NCBI GenBank assembly: GCA_964641255.1
Contig: CAZXMM010000001.1
Location: 143,757-207,756, forward strand
Origin: an uncultured Gammaproteobacteria bacterium
GTDB lineage: Bacteria > Patescibacteriota > Microgenomatia > JAMCZE01
Reading direction: 5' to 3'
Length of the DNA stretch: 64,000 nucleotides
The stretch's first letter is position 1; each line of letters begins with the position of its first letter. The translations under genes were made by a program, and so were the position numbers. This document shows, piece after piece, positions 41,741 through 49,198 of this stretch. The notes under the pieces were generated by a model. That model saw nothing but the letters and a program-made list of their open reading frames with translations. It did not search any database and had not been told where the DNA came from.

Positions 41741-43573
41741 TCAGGGTATAGATGCCGTAATGAGCTGGCGCTCCTCTTTTAGCTGGGCACCCTCATTTAA
41801 GAGCTCGGTTAGTTGTTGCTGTAATTGTTCGTTGTCCCCATCCCTTTTGATTTGCTCTCTTAGTAAATCTTGTTTTCTTTGAAGTGACAACTGCTTGATA
41901 TCCCAGGCCTTTTTTTGCACCTCCTCAAGGACTAAAGCTTCGTCTTCTATGTTGATATCAATTTCTTTGAGAAACAGCCGGTCAACAGTATCAATAAGCT
42001 CGGGAGGGACGAAATTGATAAAAGTTTTAATATCAAATCTTTGGGTTGGTAGAGTGACATCAGATTTGGGATTGGCTACCAAGGAGAGTAGCAGCTGATA
42101 GATTTTCCCCAAGCCTGGGTCGGTGAAATCTTCTACAAGTAGCCGGGGAGCGATTAGGAGTAGATAGTCCTCAGGTTTGGGTGATTGCAAGAGTAGTTCC
42201 AATAAGTATTCCTGAGATAGTTCTAACTGAGTGAGTTTTTTCTTGAAGTCAGTTGCCGGTGGCGCGATTTGTGTTGGTGTAGGCAACTGTTTTTTGCGCC
42301 AGTCCTTAAATAACTGTCCCTCAACGTCACTTTCCCTGACACCTAATTCTTCAGCTAGTCGTTTTACATAATGGTTTTTGACGACCAGGTTATCAATGGG
42401 AGCCAGAAAACGAGCGACGTCACTGATAATTTTCTTCGCGCCTTCTGCGGTTTTGGAGTCACTTTTAGTTAGCGCCGAGTCAATAACAAAGTCATAAAAG
42501 TTCCCCGCTTCTTTAACTGCCTTATGCCATAGGGCTGGGTCTTTTTTTATCAGCTCATCGGGATCCTTGCCTTCCTTAAAGGAGACGACTTTAATGCCTA
42601 GCCCTGCCTGGTCGGCGATTTCTATTCCCCGGTGGGCGGCAGCGTCGCCGGCAAAGTCAGCGTCAAGTGATAAGTAAATCACCTCAGTGTAGCGTCTTAA
42701 CAGGTTTACTTGGCCCAAGGTCAGGGCCGAGCCTTTGATGGCGACTACGTTGCGCACGCCAGCTTGATAGGAAGCGATAGCATCGATTTCTCCCTCTACC
42801 ACCACAGCGAAGCCACTTTTTTTAATCTCTTCTTTGGTGACATCGAGTCCGTAAAGAGTATTACCTTTTGTGTAGGCCGGGGTTTCGGCAGTGTTAATAT
42901 ATTTGGCTTCTTTTGCCTCTGGATCAAGTAGTCTGCCGGCAAATCCCACTACACTACCATAATGGTCAAAAAGGGTAAAAATCACTCGGCCTCGAAAGCG
43001 GTCAAAAATATTGCCAATACTTGATTTTGAGACTACACCAGCTTGCAAAAGGTCGGCATCACTATAACCTTTTTTGCGCAGAAAATTAGTTAGGGAATTC
43101 CAGGAATTGGGCGCAAATCCTAACTTAAACAGTTTAATCGAGGAATCACTAATGCGGCGCTCCTTAAAATAATTACGGCCTATTTGTCCCACCGGGTGGG
43201 TAGTAAGAATAAAATGAAAATATTCCGCAGCCAAGTGATTAATCTCAAGGACCTTTTCTTTAATTTCGCTTTGTTTACTGCTTTGAAAACTGGTAGATAC
43301 CGGTACCCCGGTGCGTTTGGCTAAAATCTTGACTGCCTCGGAAAACTCGATGTTTTCCAGACGCATCAGGAAACGAAAGATATCTCCCCCATCCTGACAA
43401 CCGCCGAAACAGTGCCAAATTTGTCGCTCAGCCGAGACAACAAAACTAGGAGTTTTTTCGCTATGGAAGGGGCACAACCCTTTAAAATTTGCCCCAGTTT
43501 TTTTTAGGGGGACATACTCTGAGATTAGGGTGACAATATCCAGGCGTTTTTTTATCTCTTCAAGATCGGTCAT
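41741..43573 (-). CDS. dnaG: DNA primase
   Basis: zinc finger CPFHSEKTPSF...WHCFGCQ, TOPRIM VVVEGEIDAIAS...D. Confidence 0.9.
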   Translation of the reverse strand: MTDLEEIKKRLDIVTLISEYVPLKKTGANFKGLCPFHSEKTPSFVVSAERQIWHCFGGCQDGGDIFRFLMRLENIEFSEAVKILAKRTGVPVSTSFQSSKQSEIKEKVLEINHLAAEYFHFILTTHPVGQIGRNYFKERRISDSSIKLFKLGFAPNSWNSLTNFLRKKGYSDADLLQAGVVSKSSIGNIFDRFRGRVIFTLFDHYGSVVGFAGRLLDPEAKEAKYINTAETPAYTKGNTLYGLDVTKEEIKKSGFAVVVEGEIDAIASYQAGVRNVVAIKGSALTLGQVNLLRRYTEVIYLSLDADFAGDAAAHRGIEIADQAGLGIKVVSFKEGKDPDELIKKDPALWHKAVKEAGNFYDFVIDSALTKSDSKTAEGAKKIISDVARFLAPIDNLVVKNHYVKRLAEELGVRESDVEGQLFKDWRKKQLPTPTQIAPPATDFKKKLTQLELSQEYLLELLLQSPKPEDYLLLIAPRLLVEDFTDPGLGKIYQLLLSLVANPKSDVTLPTQRFDIKTFINFVPPELIDTVDRLFLKEIDINIEDEALVLEEVQKKAWDIKQLSLQRKQDLLREQIKRDGDNEQLQQQLTELLNEGAQLKEERQLITASIP

Positions 43574-43624
43574 AGCTTAGGAGCAGTAAAGCGATAATAC
43601 CACGGTGGGTGTATACTTAGGTAT

Positions 43625-44065
43625 ATGGTTGGAAAATTTCCCCCGGTAATTTTTCTCTACGGCGCGTTCCTGATTTCTTGGCTGGCGATGCTCGGCAGTC
43701 TGTTTTTTAGTGAGATTTGGCACTACCCACCCTGCGTACTTTGCTGGTATCAACGGATTTGCATGTATCCCTTAGTAGTCATTCTGGCTGTGGGTATTTG
43801 GCGAAAGAACAAGGAAATTCACCTCTACACTCTGCCCTTGGCCCTAATCGGTCTCCTAATCGGTGTCTACCACAACCTTCTTTACTACCGGCTCATTCCC
43901 GAGGCGATCGCTCCCTGTGTGGCGGGGATTTCCTGCACTACTAAATTTATTGAATGGTTCGGTTTTATTACTATTCCCCTTCTTTCTTTACTAGGGTTTG
44001 TTGCCCTGACCTTTTGTCTTCTGGTGTACTGGTGGGTAGTGGCAAAGAAGAAAACAGTCAAGTAG
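43625..44065 (+). CDS. disulfide bond formation protein B (DsbB/BdbC family)
   Basis: PCVLCWYQRICMYPL motif and 4 TM helices. Confidence 0.7.
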   Translation: MVGKFPPVIFLYGAFLISWLAMLGSLFFSEIWHYPPCVLCWYQRICMYPLVVILAVGIWRKNKEIHLYTLPLALIGLLIGVYHNLLYYRLIPEAIAPCVAGISCTTKFIEWFGFITIPLLSLLGFVALTFCLLVYWWVVAKKKTVK

Positions 44066-44076
44066 CGCTAAGTTAG

Positions 44077-44161
44077 CGGAGGGGGCGAGATTCGAACTCG
44101 CGGTATCTTGCGACACGGCGGTTTAGTAAACCGCTGCACTAGGCCACTATGCGACCCCTCC
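44077..44161 (-). tRNA. type-II (long variable arm) tRNA-Ser-like gene with anticodon loop UUACUAA (apparent anticodon ACU)
   Basis: hand-folded 85-nt cloverleaf: acceptor GGAGGGG/CCCCTCC, D-stem GCA/TGC, anticodon stem GCGGT/ACCGC, variable hairpin GTGTC-GCAA-GATAC, T-arm GCGAG-TTCGAAT-CTCGC. Confidence 0.6.
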
Positions 44162-44940
44162 TATTTATTTCGTTCGTGTCTGACAAACAGAAATGTTCCC
44201 ACAACTATAAACAGAGTTCCGGTAATTACCACGACCGCGATATCAATCATTGGGCTAAAAAGTACTGTTCTAGAATAATATGGTGTACCGAAGTAATAGA
44301 TACTGCGTAGCAAATCAACTGCGTAGGTCATGGGGGCAATCCGAGAAGCAATAAAGATGGGTAGGGGAAGATTGTGAATGGGATTAAATACCCCGGCCAG
44401 AAAGAATTGGGGGAAAAGCAGGAAGGGGAATATCTGATTGGCGGATTTTTGGTCGGACAGAGTGGACATGACAATAACCCCAAAAGCGCCGCCAAAGAGG
44501 GCCACTAAGAGGAAAAAGGGTAGCAGTCGGATCAGCGCTATCCAGTCCAGGGGGACACCTATTAAAATTCCCAGAGCAATGACTCCCACGATTTGGAGTA
44601 AGGAAACGCAGGTTTCCCCCAGAATCTTACCCAGTAAAATAGCATAGCGGGAGATAGGAGCAATAAACATTTCTTGAGCGAAGTCGTTTTGTCTATCCTC
44701 CACGAGAGAAATAATTCCTCCAGCTGTTGACTGAAACAAGGTCTGAGCAATCACCCCAATAAAAACGAATTCTAAAAAGTTATAGCCTAAATTCTCGCCC
44801 AAATTAGCCTGAAGACTGGTTCCTAAGACGCCAATGAAGATAGCTGGAAACACTAGACTAAAGGCGATTCGAGTTCTATCCCGCAACAGTTTGATTACGT
44901 CACGGCCGGCGATGGTAATAATGGCGTTAAGTAGTTTCAT
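44161..44940 (-). CDS. ABC-2 type transporter permease
   Basis: 259 aa, 6 TM helices, adjacent to ABC ATPase. Confidence 0.75.
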   Translation of the reverse strand: MKLLNAIITIAGRDVIKLLRDRTRIAFSLVFPAIFIGVLGTSLQANLGENLGYNFLEFVFIGVIAQTLFQSTAGGIISLVEDRQNDFAQEMFIAPISRYAILLGKILGETCVSLLQIVGVIALGILIGVPLDWIALIRLLPFFLLVALFGGAFGVIVMSTLSDQKSANQIFPFLLFPQFFLAGVFNPIHNLPLPIFIASRIAPMTYAVDLLRSIYYFGTPYYSRTVLFSPMIDIAVVVITGTLFIVVGTFLFVRHERNK

Positions 44941-45886
44941 GGTGCTGTCTGATTATTTGCACGTAAGCACTTTCCAGAGTGGGACTATGAATTTCCAAGT
45001 GGGTCAGTTGGGTTTTAAGGCCAGCTATAATTTCCTGTCCGGTATTTTCTCCGGTATTAATTTTAAATGGTCCATTCCCTTCAAAAGTCAGCCCTTTTTG
45101 GTTTAACTCTTTTGTTAAGCCCATTCGATCCTTGGCATCAAGCACAAGGTGGTTTTGGATCAGGGTTTTTTTGATTTCACTAGGAGTGCCTTTGGCTACA
45201 ATGGTCCCTTCATCCATAATGCAGACATAATCTGAAGCCTCAGCCTCCTCTAGGTAATGGGTAGTTAAGAAAATTGTTATCTCTTGGGACTTACGAATAT
45301 CTTGAAGATATTTCCAAAGATTTTGCCGGCTGATTGGGTCGAGTCCGGTGGTTGGTTCGTCGAGAAATAACACTTTGGGTTCGTGCATCAGGCTACGGAT
45401 AATCTCTAACTTACGTTTCATTCCCCCAGAGAGAGTTTTGACCGGCTTATGGAGATCCTTTTCCAGCCCTAGGACTCTGGCTAATTCGGCCACCTTGTCT
45501 TTATAGGCTTGGGGCATGAGGGTGTAGCTAGGCAGATAGGGATAGAGATTATAGAGATTAGCGTGGAAGCGAATATTTTCTTCGGCGGTTAGATTGAGAT
45601 CTAAACTGGGATTTTGAAAAATTACGCCAATTTGTTGTCTGACAGCGGCGGGATTTTTACTGACATCGTAGCCGGCGATAGTTACAGTGCCTGCACTGGG
45701 GGAAAGGATAGTTGTTAAGATAGAAATAGTCGTGGTCTTTCCGGCTCCGTTGGGGCCCAGCAGGGAAAAGAATGAACCCTCCTCGACATAAAAAGAAACC
45801 GCCTTAACGGCATCAGCAGGCGCCTTTTTGTAACGCTTGGTTAAATTAGTGACTTCGATAATTCGAGATTTAACTTTCTTGGCCAT
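44927..45886 (-). CDS. ABC transporter ATP-binding protein
   Basis: Walker A GPNGAGKTTT, signature LSGGMKRKL, Walker B LFLDEPT. Confidence 0.9.
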   Translation of the reverse strand: MAKKVKSRIIEVTNLTKRYKKAPADAVKAVSFYVEEGSFFSLLGPNGAGKTTTISILTTILSPSAGTVTIAGYDVSKNPAAVRQQIGVIFQNPSLDLNLTAEENIRFHANLYNLYPYLPSYTLMPQAYKDKVAELARVLGLEKDLHKPVKTLSGGMKRKLEIIRSLMHEPKVLFLDEPTTGLDPISRQNLWKYLQDIRKSQEITIFLTTHYLEEAEASDYVCIMDEGTIVAKGTPSEIKKTLIQNHLVLDAKDRMGLTKELNQKGLTFEGNGPFKINTGENTGQEIIAGLKTQLTHLEIHSPTLESAYVQIIRQHHETT

Positions 45887-45924
45887 TGGCTACTTTCTCA
45901 TTGCTAAAAATAACTACTAGCTAG

Positions 45925-46114
45925 GCGGTATTCATTGTACAAAATTCGAACCTTTTTTGAAACCAATCCTGACGAAGAAATCTGAACTGCACCCCGCCAC
46001 AATATTTCTGGGGCAAAGGAGGCGGGGTGATGGACTCGCCCGCGCGGAGGAGGGGTCTGGGGAGGAATCCGCGCGGGCTTCGGCTTTTTGTTTTGGCGAA
46101 ATTCTGGCGGGCTA
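45925..46114. repeat. IR-A left copy (190 bp, GC-rich, internal hairpin GCCCGCGCGG/CCGCGCGGGC)
   Basis: base-for-base reverse complement of 48866..49055, verified over the full length by hand. Confidence 0.85.
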
Positions 46115-47941
46115 TTAAAACTTGCCTTCTATATTCTCAAACAATTTGGTTAAATTATCTTTCGTCGTTGTGTCCAAATTGATTGAGGTTCCATTTTGGC
46201 AAGTTTCTAAAAATTTCTTTGCGAGCAAAACCTTATCCAGTTTACTCTTTTTTACATACTCCGAATTAGATTCCGTATAAGTTTTGCTCGTATCATTCAA
46301 CACAAATTCTTGAAAATTAGCCGGCGAGAAAATATCCTCCACACTCCCTGCGGTACTTAGCACAGCAAGAACTAAATCTTTTGTAACTAACCAATTGTCT
46401 TTTAGATTTTTCTCGCCATCCTTTTTCCCTTTGTCGTTGTCGTAGAGATATACAACCTTTCCACCCCAACCATGCAATATAGTACCTACAACTGGCATAT
46501 TTCCAGCTCCACCACCGAAAATAAAGTTCACGCTGTCTTTGCTAAGGATTTTCTTAAACGCATTTAGATAGTAGAGATCGGAAGCTCCCTCAACTACAAT
46601 ATTATTTACTTTATCTAAAGCCGTAATTCCTACACTTAATTCCAATCCAATGGCAGTCATAATAGGAGTTAAGGTTTCTTTATCCGCCAAAGCGTGAACT
46701 TTATTTTCTATTTTCGTTCCTGCTTTTTTTGTACGATGAATCAATCTAATTCGATTTAGCTTGTCGGCTTCCAAAAGATATGGCGAATGCGTTGAAAATA
46801 CTAACTGGACTTCTTTCGCTGAATCTTCAAGTTTGCTCAAAATATCTTCTTGAGCTTTGGCGTGGAGAAATAAGCCTGGTTCGTCAATCAAAATAATGTT
46901 TGGGACATCCTCATTTGCTCTTGCTGACACTTTTATATAAAACGCGAGGTGCCATTGTCTACCTTTACTTCGCAAACTTGGCTCATACGGGTAGCCGTCT
47001 TCTTGAATCCAAAACTGGAGGTCTTGAGAATCCCAATCAACGCTCAAACTTGAAACATCTTGCGTCCAAAACTTTTTGTAATCGTCATTGAGGTTGATAT
47101 TTATATCTGTTTTATGTTTCTGCTTATCGCGAGCAGTAGAAGTTTTGATCGTGGCAACATTCAAATCGCTGATTACTGACAAATCCTTAATCCATTCATT
47201 GGTTTCAAGTTCCGCAAAAGGTATCTTGTTTGGAAAAATATCTTCAAACGAATTAAAGAACACGAAATTTGGAATCCATCGTTTTAGAGCTTCTAAAAAC
47301 TTTTCCTCTATTGCAGTTAAATTTTCAAGATTTTGAATTTCTGTTTCTATCTCGGCTAAAAGTTTTGGCAAATTCTCACGATCTTTTTCATCTATTTGTG
47401 GGATATTTGGTGTAGTAGCAGTTTTGAAAGCAGTAAGAAGGGTTTTCTCATTCGTTAAATCAGAAAATTCAAAATCAAAGAAAGTTCCTCCTAACTGTGG
47501 ATATTTCGTGTGCAATGCTTTTACTTTGCCCCACTTGTCCTTGATTGATTTTTGAATTTTCTCAATTTCCTTTGCTCCAAAAAGGTCATTCTTCAGAGTA
47601 TCTTCTCCAAAAGTGTAGGTATCAGGAAAAGTTTTTATGATTTCGAGTTCAATATTGGCGATTGCTTTTTGGGTGCTACCTATCTCGGTTAAAACTTCTT
47701 TAACGGTATCTCTTTCAACGGTAAAAGTTATAGAGATTTCAGGTATCGCTTCTGGTGATTTAATAGGTTTAGCACTCTCTCTTATTTTTCCGTCCGTATC
47801 AAAATCCTCTAATGCTTCAAGAATAGAAGTTTTCCCAGATTCGTTTTTCCCAGCAAGAATGGTAATTGTATCCGTTAAATAGCAATCGCCGCTGTCGGTT
47901 ATGGACTTAAAATTTTTAATTCTAAATTTCTTAAGTTTCAT
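46115..47941 (-). CDS. OLD-family nuclease: N-terminal ABC-type ATPase + C-terminal TOPRIM domain
   Basis: Walker A LAGKNESGKTSILEAL, Walker B ILIDEPGLFLH, FSTHSP; C-terminal TOPRIM-like NIVVEGASDLYYL ... YLYDNDKGKKDGE. Confidence 0.7.
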   Translation of the reverse strand: MKLKKFRIKNFKSITDSGDCYLTDTITILAGKNESGKTSILEALEDFDTDGKIRESAKPIKSPEAIPEISITFTVERDTVKEVLTEIGSTQKAIANIELEIIKTFPDTYTFGEDTLKNDLFGAKEIEKIQKSIKDKWGKVKALHTKYPQLGGTFFDFEFSDLTNEKTLLTAFKTATTPNIPQIDEKDRENLPKLLAEIETEIQNLENLTAIEEKFLEALKRWIPNFVFFNSFEDIFPNKIPFAELETNEWIKDLSVISDLNVATIKTSTARDKQKHKTDININLNDDYKKFWTQDVSSLSVDWDSQDLQFWIQEDGYPYEPSLRSKGRQWHLAFYIKVSARANEDVPNIILIDEPGLFLHAKAQEDILSKLEDSAKEVQLVFSTHSPYLLEADKLNRIRLIHRTKKAGTKIENKVHALADKETLTPIMTAIGLELSVGITALDKVNNIVVEGASDLYYLNAFKKILSKDSVNFIFGGGAGNMPVVGTILHGWGGKVVYLYDNDKGKKDGEKNLKDNWLVTKDLVLAVLSTAGSVEDIFSPANFQEFVLNDTSKTYTESNSEYVKKSKLDKVLLAKKFLETCQNGTSINLDTTTKDNLTKLFENIEGKF

Positions 47942-47948
47942 AATCTTT

Positions 47949-48560
47949 TTAAGTATTTCTTGCCTTTCTTTCTTGAATACTTTTTAGTAGGAAGGGTGCG
48001 GCTTCTTCCTGCGTTTTACCCGATTTGATGCTATTACAAATCAGACAACTTGTTTTTAAGTTTTCTTTTGTATGCTTTCCACCCTTGTATTGAGGAGTTA
48101 GATGGTCAAGCGTTGCGTTTTCTGTAGTTACTTTCTCTCCACAATAAAAACAAGTGTATTTATCACGCTCAAAGATTTCTTTTCGTTTTTCTGCGTTGGT
48201 AAAATAATCTTCTTCAATAGGGTCAGCAGTGATTGAAAGTTTTTCTTTTACCAATGGAATTTCTTCTGGCAGAAAAATACTATAGAGCGTTCCCTCGCGG
48301 TTAGTGTCGCCAATCTTAATACACGATTTTTCTTCTAGTCCAGATACAAGTTTTGTAATATGAGCGTAATTCGATTTTTCACCGCGAGAAGAACCAAGAT
48401 TGTCAGCAATAGTCCTTTTACCAATTCGTATTTCTGCTGAACCATTTTTTATATACGAATTACGCAAAAAGAAAATGTAAAGTCCCGCTTCGTATGGAGT
48501 TAAGGATGGTAAGAGTAGATCAGTATATTGCTCAATAATTTTTTGTAAATCTTCTTTCAT
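47949..48560 (-). CDS. HNH endonuclease domain protein with N-terminal wHTH-like region
   Basis: C-terminus CFYCGEKV...LDHLTPQYKGGKHTKENLKTSCLICNSIK HNH motif. Confidence 0.7.
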   Translation of the reverse strand: MKEDLQKIIEQYTDLLLPSLTPYEAGLYIFFLRNSYIKNGSAEIRIGKRTIADNLGSSRGEKSNYAHITKLVSGLEEKSCIKIGDTNREGTLYSIFLPEEIPLVKEKLSITADPIEEDYFTNAEKRKEIFERDKYTCFYCGEKVTTENATLDHLTPQYKGGKHTKENLKTSCLICNSIKSGKTQEEAAPFLLKSIQERKARNT

Positions 48561-48563
48561 AAT

Positions 48564-48761
48564 TTATTTCACTATTTCCTCCATCGGAACGCCTAGCGAC
48601 TTGGCGATTTTTTGAATTGTTTGAACGCTTGGCTTGGTAACGACACCACCCTCAATTTTTGTAAGGGTAGAGTATTTGATATTGGCTTTTTTCGCCAAGT
48701 CGTCTTGCGTTAATCCTTGTTTTGCTCGTATCCTCTTTATGTTTTCAGATATAGTTGCCAT
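48564..48761 (-). CDS. XRE-family helix-turn-helix transcriptional regulator
   Basis: 65 aa; IKRIRAKQGLTQDDLAKKANIKYSTLTKIE HTH_3 pattern. Confidence 0.75.
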   Translation of the reverse strand: MATISENIKRIRAKQGLTQDDLAKKANIKYSTLTKIEGGVVTKPSVQTIQKIAKSLGVPMEEIVK

Positions 48762-48865
48762 AGTATGCTACTTTTGATAGTATATAAATATGAGCCATTA
48801 CTTTCTTTGCTCACAAAACAAGGATAGCAAAAATCAGAGATTTTTTCAAGGTGTATTTTTTATTT

Positions 48866-49055
48866 TAGCCCGCCAGAATTTCGCCAAAACAAAAAGCCGA
48901 AGCCCGCGCGGATTCCTCCCCAGACCCCTCCTCCGCGCGGGCGAGTCCATCACCCCGCCTCCTTTGCCCCAGAAATATTGTGGCGGGGTGCAGTTCAGAT
49001 TTCTTCGTCAGGATTGGTTTCAAAAAAGGTTCGAATTTTGTACAATGAATACCGC
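48866..49055. repeat. IR-A right copy (inverted, 190/190 identical to 45925..46114)
   Basis: see IR-A left. Confidence 0.85.
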
Positions 49056-49057
49056 AA

Positions 49058-49171
49058 ATTTTCGAAAAGGGTTTCGGAACCAAAAATATGGTCGGCGCGA
49101 AGCGCCGACTGTTCTGCATTCCCCCCACAAAATCCTGATTCTGCAAGGATTCGCCACGCTCCGCGTGGCTC
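49058..49171. repeat. IR-B left copy (114 bp)
   Basis: exact reverse complement of 50601..50714; with one mismatch the match extends 6 nt further on each side. Confidence 0.85.
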
Positions 49172-49198
49172 CTCGTTTGCCAATACAATTTCAATTTT

